Part shown: positions 1 through 9,214 of the stretch, piece after piece
Layout: every line of letters starts with the position of its first letter
Numbering within the stretch: the stretch's first letter is position 1
Virus record (IMG/VR): IMGVR_UViG_3300018080_000168
DNA from: an uncultured virus (IMG/VR IMGVR_UViG_3300018080_000168)
Lineage: Duplodnaviria > Heunggongvirae > Uroviricota > Caudoviricetes
DNA length: 64,000 nt
Strand: one strand, 5' to 3'
Program-made: the position numbers and the translations under genes
The notes under the pieces: model-generated
What the model saw: the letters and a program-made list of their open reading frames with translations, nothing else
Databases searched by the model: none
Told to the model about the DNA's origin: nothing

Positions 1-1
1 A

Positions 2-213
2 GAAGGAGAAGGCGAAGGCGAAGGCGAAGGCGAAGGCGAAGGCGAAGGCGAAGGCGAAGGCGAAGGCGAAGGAGAAGGAGAAGGAGAAGGAGAAGGAGAA
101 GGCGAAGGAGAAGGCGAAGGCGAAGGCGAAGGCGAAGGCGAAGGAGAAGGAGAAGGTGAAGGTGAAGGAGAAGGCGAAGGCGAAGGCGAAGGCGAAGGCG
201 AAGGCGAAGGCGA
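2..213 (+). repeat. GAAGG(C/A/T) hexamer tandem repeat, about 35 copies, encoding (Glu-Gly)n
   Basis: Directly visible; same frame as the ORF ending at 988. Confidence 0.95.
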
Positions 214-988
214 AAAAGAAGGGGAAGAAGAAGATAATAGACCAGAAGAAGACGAAACACCTCCAATGCCAGACAAAGATTCCCATGGAGACATTTACAT
301 GGGACTTAACAAAAAAACTTCTAAATGCATCATTAGAAAGAAGTCAGAGGACTATGCAATGAGTCCAGATGAGGAAAATCTTATTAAATGGGGTTTGGTT
401 GCCTTTCCTATTGGGAGTCTTATCACACTCCATCACTCGGAATTCCAAGTTGGTATTTGGGATTTAGATACATCTAAAATTTATGCATTTGGCAATTATA
501 ATCTTAATTTTTCAGATGAGGATAGACTTACAGAAGTTACAGCTGAAGATTCTACAGGTTGGACTGTAGTATGTGATGATACTACACCAAATCTTGTTCC
601 TGTTCTTTTGCCAAATAAATCTGAAAATTGTTTTACATACTTCCCAGAAGACCAAGTAGATAAAGTTCCGAAAATTATAAAGAATGTTCCAGGTAGAGGA
701 TTTTTCTGTGCAAAATTTTCTGCATTTGAGAAAACAAAAGCAAACAATCCTTTTAAATTTGCTTGGCCATCAGGAGTTAATTATGTTCCAGTGAAAGCAA
801 AAATAATTACATCTCCAATGGAGGAATTATTTGCAACTGAAATACTGCAACCTACAGTATTTGCAACTGCTGGTAAAAATTCAATAATTTATTTTGTGAT
901 TGATTACAATATTACAATAAAGAAAGATTTTAGAAATAATCGATTTAAAGTTGTTAATTTAAAAAAGTTTATGGAGGGAAAGCAATGA
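2..988 (+). CDS. 5'-truncated hypothetical protein with an (EG)n acidic linker and a C-terminal globular domain
   Basis: Frame is open from the window start through EGEG...EKEGEEEDNRPEEDETPP into the MPDKD ORF; stop overlaps the next ATG (ATGA). Confidence 0.85.
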   Translation, partial: EGEGEGEGEGEGEGEGEGEGEGEGEGEGEGEGEGEGEGEGEGEGEGEGEGEGEGEGEGEGEGEGEGEGEGEKEGEEEDNRPEEDETPPMPDKDSHGDIYMGLNKKTSKCIIRKKSEDYAMSPDEENLIKWGLVAFPIGSLITLHHSEFQVGIWDLDTSKIYAFGNYNLNFSDEDRLTEVTAEDSTGWTVVCDDTTPNLVPVLLPNKSENCFTYFPEDQVDKVPKIIKNVPGRGFFCAKFSAFEKTKANNPFKFAWPSGVNYVPVKAKIITSPMEELFATEILQPTVFATAGKNSIIYFVIDYNITIKKDFRNNRFKVVNLKKFMEGKQ

Positions 989-3750
989 GAAGAAACCCAA
1001 TGCCAGTGTGGAAGGGATACCTTTGGACAATAAAGAGAAATGTAGAGGAAAGAGAGCCTTGGAAAAACTCTTGGTGGGAAAAAGATAATTGGCGTGTCAA
1101 AAGATGGGCAGAATTTTTGCAAACCAGTTTGATAATCAATTTGAAAAAAGCATATGACAAAAATCATATGACAGTGGAAATGGGCAACAAAATTAAAGAC
1201 ATCTGTGGTCCAATTACCAAGGTTGGTATGACGAGTTATTTCAAACAGGGCATGTCCATATGCTCTGATTCACCAGAAAAAGAAAGATTGAGATGCTTCT
1301 TGGAGAAGGTTTATCCAGATTTGTATAGATTTTCTGTAGAATTGAATAAGGTAACAGGCAGAGATGCTTCATGGCCAACACCAGAGCAGTTCTTTGGGCT
1401 TGAAAAAGTACCAGAAGCAGCCCCAGAAGAGGAGAAGCCTAAAAAGGCAAGGAAAGTTGGCATGATGATAAAATTCTTGAAGGACTCACATTATACAACA
1501 GCACTTGAAGCAATGGATGTTGAGCCATGGAAAGAGTTTAAAATAACAGAAGAAAGTACAACTGAATATTATATATTTATCAAAGGTGGTTTGTTCAGCA
1601 TAGATAAGTCAGATGAAGGTGAACTTTGGAATTTTACATCTGAAGTTCCAAAGGGGAAAGGTGTTCCAAAAGCTGTGAAGCCTTGGCAATTAGTAGAAGG
1701 TGGAAAAATGGCTCCAGAAGTCAGAAAATCTTTGTTAGATGTAATACAGATTGTTGAGCCATACAAAAAACTTCGTTCTATACATGAAATTTTGCAAGAA
1801 AATTTTGTTTGGACAGAACCTGCTACTGCTAAAAAGAATGATATTGGACCTGATGAAGTATTTGTCTCTGTCTTTTTGATAAAAGATGGCTCTTTGGTTT
1901 TGAAAGGTGTTCCTGGTACTGGCAAGACACAGCTAATTGAAATGGCAACTATGATGTTTGCCAATGATATTATGATTGAGAGAGCAAAAGATTTGGAGCA
2001 TTTTGTGAGACAAGGCAAAAGCGGACCTATTTGGGAAGAGGGATACAAACCGCAGACATTTTGGAAAGGAGGTGATGCTTTGCTCACAAGGAAAATGTTA
2101 ATGGAATGGCTTGAAAAGAGAGGAGTCATTGGAATGGCAAAGCATAATGCCGATAAGGAAATTCAAGATGTATTTTTCACAACAGATATTGCCATTGAAC
2201 ATTACAAAAATTGGAAAATGACTAAAGAAACTCATGAAGCAATAGAAGTTGCTGCAGAGAAAGAGGTTGAAGAACAAGAAAGACTCAAAAAGGAGGGACC
2301 AGAAAAGGCAAAAGTTCCTATTGCAAGCACCAAAGAAGAAGAAGCACCTCCTGGATATTGGGAATTAGCAGAAAAGACAGAGGATGATATTGGAAGATTT
2401 TTGCCAAAGAAAAAGGGAGGAATTCCCAGAGCAAAAGATTTGTTCAATCCAAGACTGAAGAAAAATGCTGGAATACACCAGTCAGCTCATCAAGACCATT
2501 TTGCATGGCCTCCTTATGAATTAGATACATATTCATTTATGCCTGTTCCAAGAGAAATTGTTACTTCTGTTATCAAATTTCATAATGAAGCAAATAGAAT
2601 GAATCCAGATGTTGCTGATGCATTGTTAGGAATTATGGCAGAAAAAGAAGTTGAATTCCAGGGGAAAGTTTTTCCCTCTCCAGGTGTATATGATGAAGAA
2701 AATAGGAGAGTTATATATGATGACCAAGGAATTGGGCAGTTAAGTTTCTTGGATTACAATCCACATTTGGAGGTTGAACATCCAGAAATGGAATTGGACA
2801 GAGCTTTGCTTGATAGGATTACAGCTGGAATATTTCTTTCTGGTGGTAAGCCTTCAACAAGATTCTCTATTCTTGATAAAAGAGTCAGAGGAACAAGCAT
2901 GAAACCAAGAGATATAGTATTTGGTTTAATCAAAAAAGCATGTGAATCGAATGGCAAGAAGGGAATAGTGCCTATCACAAGATTAGAGCTTGAAGGTCTT
3001 TGGCAGATAAAGGACAATATACCTGTTGACCCAGAAATTGTTGCTTGGATTTCATATTTAACAAACATTCCTAATTTGACTAATAGAGCATATACTGGCC
3101 AGTATCTTGATGCAATGGCTGGATTGCCAATAGACAAAACATTGATGGTATTTAATGAAGTCTATGAAAATTTCCCAGATTTGGAGCCAACAGGAATGGT
3201 TGAAGAAGATGTACAGGCAGGTATTGACGGATTGCAGAGGCCTATGGGCTCAAGAGGTGCCGAATCTTTGCTTGACTTATACAGGGCATGGGTAATATTG
3301 AATGAGGCTGAGAGAGGCAAGAAAAAGCCTTGGGAAATAACAATGTTTATCAAATCTGACAAAGACCGAAAAAGAGTGTTCAAAGAGTTGACCCAATTGC
3401 TTCCTTATGTTATAGACCATAGACTTAATTTAGGTCTATCTGCAGACCTAAAACAGCAGTTCATGAGTTCATTCGATTTAATTAGCCATTATTTTGTTCC
3501 AATGCTCGAGAAAAGACAGGACAAAATCTTTGCAATTATGGAGAGCTGTATGAATATATTTGCAGTTAATGAGAATGCAAAACTTGAAGGCAATAGGCCT
3601 CCAATAAAGCAAAAAGAAGGAATAGAGAATACAATAAAGTTTGCTGCTGAAAAAGTTGGAGTCCCTGTTGGTGAATTCAAAGATGAAATATCTAAAGATT
3701 CATTGCTTTCGAGTTTGATTGATATAATCCCTGCAATTGCTCCAAAGTGA
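985..3750 (+). CDS. MoxR-like AAA+ ATPase with large insertions
   Basis: Walker A GVPGTGKT; Walker B region FHNEANR (cf. LADEINR); DALLGIMAEKEV; LDYNP; LDRALLDRI; GSRG. Confidence 0.8.
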   Translation: MRRNPMPVWKGYLWTIKRNVEEREPWKNSWWEKDNWRVKRWAEFLQTSLIINLKKAYDKNHMTVEMGNKIKDICGPITKVGMTSYFKQGMSICSDSPEKERLRCFLEKVYPDLYRFSVELNKVTGRDASWPTPEQFFGLEKVPEAAPEEEKPKKARKVGMMIKFLKDSHYTTALEAMDVEPWKEFKITEESTTEYYIFIKGGLFSIDKSDEGELWNFTSEVPKGKGVPKAVKPWQLVEGGKMAPEVRKSLLDVIQIVEPYKKLRSIHEILQENFVWTEPATAKKNDIGPDEVFVSVFLIKDGSLVLKGVPGTGKTQLIEMATMMFANDIMIERAKDLEHFVRQGKSGPIWEEGYKPQTFWKGGDALLTRKMLMEWLEKRGVIGMAKHNADKEIQDVFFTTDIAIEHYKNWKMTKETHEAIEVAAEKEVEEQERLKKEGPEKAKVPIASTKEEEAPPGYWELAEKTEDDIGRFLPKKKGGIPRAKDLFNPRLKKNAGIHQSAHQDHFAWPPYELDTYSFMPVPREIVTSVIKFHNEANRMNPDVADALLGIMAEKEVEFQGKVFPSPGVYDEENRRVIYDDQGIGQLSFLDYNPHLEVEHPEMELDRALLDRITAGIFLSGGKPSTRFSILDKRVRGTSMKPRDIVFGLIKKACESNGKKGIVPITRLELEGLWQIKDNIPVDPEIVAWISYLTNIPNLTNRAYTGQYLDAMAGLPIDKTLMVFNEVYENFPDLEPTGMVEEDVQAGIDGLQRPMGSRGAESLLDLYRAWVILNEAERGKKKPWEITMFIKSDKDRKRVFKELTQLLPYVIDHRLNLGLSADLKQQFMSSFDLISHYFVPMLEKRQDKIFAIMESCMNIFAVNENAKLEGNRPPIKQKEGIENTIKFAAEKVGVPVGEFKDEISKDSLLSSLIDIIPAIAPK

Positions 3751-3754
3751 TAAT

Positions 3755-4579
3755 ATGGTTAATCGGGTTGATGTACGAGTGGTTGAGCCAGTGGCCAGTG
3801 AAGATAACATTGAAAAATTGAGGAAAGGATTAGAGGAAGTATTCGATAAATGCAAATCTCTTTATGGAGACCGCAGAATACAATGCACTATGTTTGTTGG
3901 AGCACCATGGAATTCTCCCAATTATCCAGCAACTACAGGATGGACAAAATCTGGAAGAATTTTCATCAATACATGGCCAAATGGTATGCCAAGTGAACAT
4001 AGACATATAAAAATTACAGAAGATTGGATAAAGAATTCGGAGAAACTCAAATATTTGTATTTTCTTACTGTCCATGAACTTACACATAACTATACACCAC
4101 CAGAGAGTGTTGTTCCTTATTATCTTGTACAAAGACTAATGAAAACAAGAATGGATTTTGACACAGATAGAAATACAAGAACTGGAGTTATAGATGTTCT
4201 GTGCAACAACTATATTATGACCAACGATAAAATAAAGAATATCACAGGATATACAGGTAAAGACCTGGTTCGCTCTAAATTTTTGGTGGAAAAATGGGAG
4301 GACAGAGATGGAAATATTTTCGACCCAGCAGTTGGGAAAGCATCGGATTTGTTTGAGGATTATCACTATTATTATTATAACGATAAGAAACCAAGGTCTC
4401 CAATTCCAGAAATACAGCCTTTATTTGATACATATTTCAGACATAAAAAGCCTGTTTATACTTGGAAAGATGAATGGTATCCTTTGTTAATGCAAATAAT
4501 GCCGAAGTATCAAGAAGTTGCAAGAAGACGTCCACGTCCGAATCCAGGTTCAGGAGGTGATATATTTGGGAATGTTTGA
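3755..4579 (+). CDS. HExxH zincin metallopeptidase-like protein (MoxR/vWA-associated)
   Basis: VHELTH with downstream D...N; lies between the MoxR-like and vWA-like genes. Confidence 0.7.
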   Translation: MVNRVDVRVVEPVASEDNIEKLRKGLEEVFDKCKSLYGDRRIQCTMFVGAPWNSPNYPATTGWTKSGRIFINTWPNGMPSEHRHIKITEDWIKNSEKLKYLYFLTVHELTHNYTPPESVVPYYLVQRLMKTRMDFDTDRNTRTGVIDVLCNNYIMTNDKIKNITGYTGKDLVRSKFLVEKWEDRDGNIFDPAVGKASDLFEDYHYYYYNDKKPRSPIPEIQPLFDTYFRHKKPVYTWKDEWYPLLMQIMPKYQEVARRRPRPNPGSGGDIFGNV

Positions 4580-5927
4580 ACAGTATAAGCCTCCAAAGAA
4601 ATTACTTTGGCATGGTAGAGAAGTCGATATTGGTCTCTCTGAAGAAGAATTTGACTTGTGGATGGCACAATTTCTTTCACAAGCTGGTTCTGATTTTGAC
4701 CCAGAAGTGTTCAACAAATGGTGGTATTCAAAAGTAAAAATGAAAGCATTGGAAAAAATGGTTCCTGAAAAGATAGAGATTATGAAAAGACGTGGCTCAA
4801 GATTTAAAAAGAAAAAAGGCATTGCTCCATGGCATAAAAGAATTGAGTTTGGTCCAAGTGTTTCATCATTTGGAGGTTTACATTTTGGTACTGAATTTGG
4901 ATACCATAAAGAGCTCAAGAAAGACCCAAGAGGCAGGAAAGGAGGTATGGCTGGGAGTTTTGTGCTCATGATTGACTGTGGCAGAAATGTAGTCAATAGT
5001 GGTAATTACAGAGTATTTGGAGAAACCATACCGAATTGGGCTTGGCATGATGTAACTGCTGCAGCATATGCAGTTGTTGAAGAAGCAGAGAAAAGAAAGG
5101 ATACATTCACTATGGTAATGGGTCCAAGACCATGGGAAAGGGCTTGGGATAGATTTTGGTATGATAATTTGCAAGACAAATATGATGATGAAAAACTTAT
5201 TTACAGATGGTATTTTCGAGATGGTACTGAAGCATTTAGACGTGAGTTTGACCCAACAAAGAAGCTGTGGAATGTTCAGGGAATAAACCAAAGAGATTAT
5301 GATACATTGCTGCATAATGCATGGCCTCATGATGTAAATGCACCTTCTGGATGGCCACGTGGCGGAACACAATATTCACAAGAAGGTATGGTGTCTCCAC
5401 CAAGATTTGTTACTACGAGAGATTACAGTGCTGTTAGGAAGTTTTTGCTGATGATGCCAAACAATAATAGTGGAACAGCATTATCATTTAATCAATTTTT
5501 TTCTTATTTGACTAAATATTGGAGTTCTTTTTCGAAGACAGGAAAAGGTACAGTTATTTTTATTGGCTCTATTGCTTATCCAGGAACAGTAATACTTGCA
5601 TGGAAGACTTTTGAGTATCTGAGTATGTTTGCTGATATTTATTTGATTGATTTATTTGATGGTTCATATGGCGGTAAACAGTATTGGGATAGAGAAAAGG
5701 GCTGGGAAGATTATTTCTTTGGCGAGAAATCTCCAAAAAGAATAAAACTTAAAAGAGAAGCACAGAATAAGAAGAATCCAAAGTATCCTTGGAGATACAA
5801 AATGGGAGATTTTTATGAAACACCAACACCATTGCTTGTTAAAGGAAGAAGGAGAGTATTCAATTATATTTTTGTTCCAGATGTATCGCAATTAACAGAA
5901 AAAATTTTGAAGGAGTTGAAGAAATGA
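4572..5927 (+). CDS. Divergent vWA-domain protein
   Basis: FVLMIDCGRNV (degenerate DxSxS), NSGT, TVIFIGS; GGAGGTGA RBS at 4553-4560; gene context. Confidence 0.5.
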   Translation: MFEQYKPPKKLLWHGREVDIGLSEEEFDLWMAQFLSQAGSDFDPEVFNKWWYSKVKMKALEKMVPEKIEIMKRRGSRFKKKKGIAPWHKRIEFGPSVSSFGGLHFGTEFGYHKELKKDPRGRKGGMAGSFVLMIDCGRNVVNSGNYRVFGETIPNWAWHDVTAAAYAVVEEAEKRKDTFTMVMGPRPWERAWDRFWYDNLQDKYDDEKLIYRWYFRDGTEAFRREFDPTKKLWNVQGINQRDYDTLLHNAWPHDVNAPSGWPRGGTQYSQEGMVSPPRFVTTRDYSAVRKFLLMMPNNNSGTALSFNQFFSYLTKYWSSFSKTGKGTVIFIGSIAYPGTVILAWKTFEYLSMFADIYLIDLFDGSYGGKQYWDREKGWEDYFFGEKSPKRIKLKREAQNKKNPKYPWRYKMGDFYETPTPLLVKGRRRVFNYIFVPDVSQLTEKILKELKK

Positions 5928-6070
5928 AGAAAAAACAGCAAGTAAGAACTACAAAAATACAATTAACTATTAGAAAAGACCAATTGGCATGGCTCCAAAG
6001 AAAGCAGATTTATACTCCTTCAAAGATTTTGCAACGTGCTGTTGATGAATTGATGCGTAAAGACCCATAA
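5924..6070 (+). CDS. Ribbon-helix-helix DNA-binding protein, 48 aa (not in the ORF track)
   Basis: MKKKQQVRTTKIQLTIRKDQLAWLQRKQIYTPSKILQRAVDELMRKDP; strand-helix-helix pattern; ATGA overlap. Confidence 0.7.
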   Translation: MKKKQQVRTTKIQLTIRKDQLAWLQRKQIYTPSKILQRAVDELMRKDP

Positions 6071-6071
6071 T

Positions 6072-6132
6072 ATAACCCTGCAGTTATATTTGCATTACTT
6101 GAGGGTTATTAAGGACGCCTATACTTTATATA
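6072..6132 (+). promoter_or_regulatory. Structural-operon promoter: TATA box with an upstream 8-bp inverted repeat
   Basis: ATAACCCT (6072-6079) / AGGGTTAT (6102-6109); TTTATATA at 6125-6132; ATG at 6166. Confidence 0.65.
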
Positions 6133-6165
6133 TTACAAGTAGTCTTATAGATTTAAGTGGTACAC

Positions 6166-6684
6166 ATGTCTGAAGAGAATACAACCACAGAATTGCAAGA
6201 GGTCGTACTCTTGCCCCAGGAACCTGTATCGGAGGACCCACCTGAAGAGAACCCAAAACTGAAGCAGTTTACTGCTGGAGTTTCTTGGGAATCTATGGCT
6301 GGTGGTGTCGCTGGTGCTATGGCTGCTGGGATAGTCCCGAAAGTTCTCAAGTGGAACACAGGACTAAAGGATGTAGCTGCAAGCCTTGCTGCTACACTTG
6401 TCGGTGGATACCTTGTATCCAAGTGGAACAAGCAAGCAGCAATGGGATGGGTAATTGGAGGCTCTATCATTACCATAGTGAAGGGTATTCGTGTGGTAAT
6501 GAAGAGACCTGCTGGTGGTTCACTTCTCGGTGATGACCTCATTTATGACGTAGGCGACTACGACTGGGATGAGGACTACGAGGAGTTCTACATGGGTGAT
6601 GAAGATGATATCTTCACCGAAGAGGAGCTCTTCGGATTGGGAGAGGACCCAATTATCCCGACCGCCAATGTGGATGACTTTTAG
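6166..6684 (+). CDS. Membrane protein (three hydrophobic Gly/Ala helices, acidic termini), putative virion membrane protein
   Basis: Hydrophobic segments; directly upstream of the candidate capsid gene; EENP and repeated (L/V/M)G-D/E motifs. Confidence 0.65.
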   Translation: MSEENTTTELQEVVLLPQEPVSEDPPEENPKLKQFTAGVSWESMAGGVAGAMAAGIVPKVLKWNTGLKDVAASLAATLVGGYLVSKWNKQAAMGWVIGGSIITIVKGIRVVMKRPAGGSLLGDDLIYDVGDYDWDEDYEEFYMGDEDDIFTEEELFGLGEDPIIPTANVDDF

Positions 6685-6734
6685 GAGAGAACGGTCTACC
6701 GCTAATAAATAGGCGTTGAAAACAGGTGATTAGA

Positions 6735-7769
6735 ATGGCAGAAGTTGTTCAAAACAAACCGAAAGTCGTCAACACAATGAAGAGGGTAAAGGAAGAAATC
6801 GTGAGATTCGACATTCCTACAGCCGACCTTGGAGGAACACTTGGAGCAGGTGATGACCTGGAGCTTCAGCTCTGGCAAGGCTCTGGTGCCGACTACTATA
6901 CCGTAAGGATAGGAGAAGGCATGGAGTTGTTAAGCCTGGGAACCAAGTCTTTTGAAGATGGTACTGGCTGGATTGAAGAACTGTTCGTTCAGGACTTCAA
7001 TGGAAGCGAATGGAATCGTTTCTTCGTTATGCCCGAGGAAGTTACCCTTGCCAGCTCGAACGAGCTGCCTTTCAACCGAAGGTGCAACTTTGAGAGATTG
7101 ATGATGTCTTGGGGATACAAGTCCTTCTTGACGTCTAACAAGGACATTGCTCCAACTCTCAAGATGCCCGAAGGAGATAGGCTGCGTGTCTTCATAAAGG
7201 CAGATGACACAAATGGTGTTACTTGGCCAGCAGCTGGTCCAGCAAACCCAACTGTGGCAATTGCCAGGAGATACTTGCCTGGGTCTGACATAGACTACAA
7301 GCACTTTGACCAGTATGATGGAGGAATAAAGAGTACCAAGAGGTACTACAGCGATTTCCAGGTATTGGCCAACAGTGGTGCAGGCAACTACGAGATTGCG
7401 TGGGACCTAACCATCATCCGTAATGAAGCATACAAGTTCTTCCAAGCGGGTGTTGTTGGTTCTGTAGCTGCAGATAGGGCAAACTTGGTTGAGGCCAAGA
7501 TAATGATAGATGACCCATTGACAGAATACAACAAATATTTTGTCAATCCAGCATACAATGTGCTGCCTTGGGTAAACACCTATCAGACATATGTCGACCC
7601 TGCTGCTGCTGCACCATACCATGAACTGATTGAAACAACCCACCGATTTGCTCCTACGATTGATGTAATCAAAAATAGGAACAAGAATTTGACACTTTAT
7701 GTCAAAGATGGTGGTGTTGCTGCAACAAATGTTGTCAGCAGGTTCTATGGTATAAGGTACATCCTATAA
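6735..7769 (+). CDS. Putative double jelly-roll major capsid protein
   Basis: 344 aa, beta-rich, two homologous halves (EWNRFFVMPE..NELPF vs EYNKYFVNPAYNVLPW; PTLKMPEGDRLRVFIKAD vs PTIDVIKNRNKNLTLYVKD); GGTGA RBS; more C-ending codons; followed by a hairpin. Confidence 0.65.
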   Translation: MAEVVQNKPKVVNTMKRVKEEIVRFDIPTADLGGTLGAGDDLELQLWQGSGADYYTVRIGEGMELLSLGTKSFEDGTGWIEELFVQDFNGSEWNRFFVMPEEVTLASSNELPFNRRCNFERLMMSWGYKSFLTSNKDIAPTLKMPEGDRLRVFIKADDTNGVTWPAAGPANPTVAIARRYLPGSDIDYKHFDQYDGGIKSTKRYYSDFQVLANSGAGNYEIAWDLTIIRNEAYKFFQAGVVGSVAADRANLVEAKIMIDDPLTEYNKYFVNPAYNVLPWVNTYQTYVDPAAAAPYHELIETTHRFAPTIDVIKNRNKNLTLYVKDGGVAATNVVSRFYGIRYIL

Positions 7770-7774
7770 TTCGA

Positions 7775-7796
7775 AGAGGGCTGAAATTAGCCCTCT
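7775..7796 (+). terminator. Stem-loop after the capsid gene
   Basis: AGAGGGCT-GAAATT-AGCCCTCT. Confidence 0.6.
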
Positions 7797-7855
7797 CGAC
7801 TTTATCATACGCCCGACACCTTTGGTGGTGGTTGGTTGGAAAGAAGGTGAAACAA

Positions 7856-8305
7856 ATGCCTAAATCGAACAAAGACCCAAGATATGCAAGTTCTGGCGAG
7901 GCTCTACAAGTGCGAAGTCAGTACTATGATAGAGACCCATATCCAAAATTTTTCGAGGAGTCTGTTCCACCAAACAGAACAATCACTTATGCCTATCAGA
8001 ATGGTACAGAAGAGCTATCTGAAGTAAAAAGGATAAGAGTGAGAGCACATCCAGATGTGCTTGTTGCTGTTAGGAGACAGAAAGACAATCAGGACCAGAC
8101 CGTGATGGAGCAAAGGAGAGTAGGCTCTCTGCCCATTAAGGATGGTTGGCATGTCATTGAGTTCAGAACTGTTTCAGCTGATGTTCCTCTCATTATTGAG
8201 AAGAACCAAGCAGTGTATGTTGATGTAAATCATGCACTTGTCGGAAACCAGTTAGTTACAGTGGACATTGACAAGCAAGCAGTGAGATTCTATCTTGCGA
8301 GGTGA
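7856..8305 (+). CDS. Small beta-rich virion protein (single jelly-roll-like)
   Basis: Alternating beta pattern; GAAGGTGA RBS; follows the capsid gene. Confidence 0.45.
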   Translation: MPKSNKDPRYASSGEALQVRSQYYDRDPYPKFFEESVPPNRTITYAYQNGTEELSEVKRIRVRAHPDVLVAVRRQKDNQDQTVMEQRRVGSLPIKDGWHVIEFRTVSADVPLIIEKNQAVYVDVNHALVGNQLVTVDIDKQAVRFYLAR

Positions 8306-8310
8306 TATGA

Positions 8311-8748
8311 ATGGCACTTGAATTGGAAGAAAGAATTCTGCAAGAGGGAAGACCATTCCAACTTACTCTTTCTACTGCTGCAGATGCAGCTGAAGTTGAG
8401 TTTGCATTGGATACAGATACTCCACCGATTATTGGAGCATCTGGATTCTTTGAAGATAAGATGCTTTGGATTTCAGCTATGGAGGTTGATGCAGGTGCTG
8501 CAAGCACAATCGAATATCTGAAATTAGATGATGAGTTGGTGTTTGGATTCGACAGCACATTGAACGGTGTTGGTCTTCAGTTGAATGGAGAGCCAGATAT
8601 TGTCAACACATTGACTAATCCAAATGTCAAAGACAAGTATGGTCATATGCTTGCTTGCAGAAATTCAATAAAACTGAAGAACTTGGCAGGAAGTACAAAC
8701 ATCAGTACAGTTACCCTTTGGGGAGTCTATACCAAGAGAAATATGTAA
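8311..8748 (+). CDS. Small beta-rich virion protein
   Basis: GAGGTGA RBS; beta-rich; ends VTLWGVY. Confidence 0.45.
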   Translation: MALELEERILQEGRPFQLTLSTAADAAEVEFALDTDTPPIIGASGFFEDKMLWISAMEVDAGAASTIEYLKLDDELVFGFDSTLNGVGLQLNGEPDIVNTLTNPNVKDKYGHMLACRNSIKLKNLAGSTNISTVTLWGVYTKRNM

Positions 8749-8780
8749 GGAAAGAAATCTTCTTTCCTTCTTTCTCTTTC
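8747..8780 (+). terminator. Stem-loop with pyrimidine tract
   Basis: AAGGAAAGA-AATCT-TCTTTCCTT followed by a T/C run. Confidence 0.5.
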
Positions 8781-8794
8781 TCGGAGGGTAATAA

Positions 8795-9214
8795 ATGGCG
8801 TCAGAAGCAAGAATATCAATAGCACATGTTGTCAAAACTGTTGCATGTGAAGCTGGAGCAACGAATTGGACACTGGGAACCAAGATTACAATGCTTCGAA
8901 CAAGGAAAGTTCTCAAAAGTGTAAAAGTTTGGTTCAGTAGAGGTACAGGAAACCAAGTTCAGGTGAAGATTACCAAAGGTGGTGGAATTTTGCTTCCAGA
9001 CCCATCTATTATAGATGCAGACCCACCTGCCGATTATGGTGATGCTATTTCAGGAGATGGTTGGGAATTTGAATTTCCAATGGACACAGAGGTTAAAAAA
9101 TCAGAGACTTTGGAAATTTATTACAGAAATACCGATTCTGTTGATGTTCACGACATCCAAGTAACCTTTGAACTTCATGAATTACCAACTGAATTGTCGC
9201 ATCTACGGAGTTGA
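8795..9214 (+). CDS. Putative penton / single jelly-roll protein
   Basis: About 8 beta strands; ISGDG..FEFP..LEIYYRNTD..HDIQVTFEL pattern; precedes the spike genes. Confidence 0.45.
   Translation: MASEARISIAHVVKTVACEAGATNWTLGTKITMLRTRKVLKSVKVWFSRGTGNQVQVKITKGGGILLPDPSIIDADPPADYGDAISGDGWEFEFPMDTEVKKSETLEIYYRNTDSVDVHDIQVTFELHELPTELSHLRS

Noticed and set aside
156..362. (KA)n histone-like ORF in the track
   Set aside because: Alternative frame of the hexamer repeat; wobble variation and continuity with the 988 stop support the EG frame
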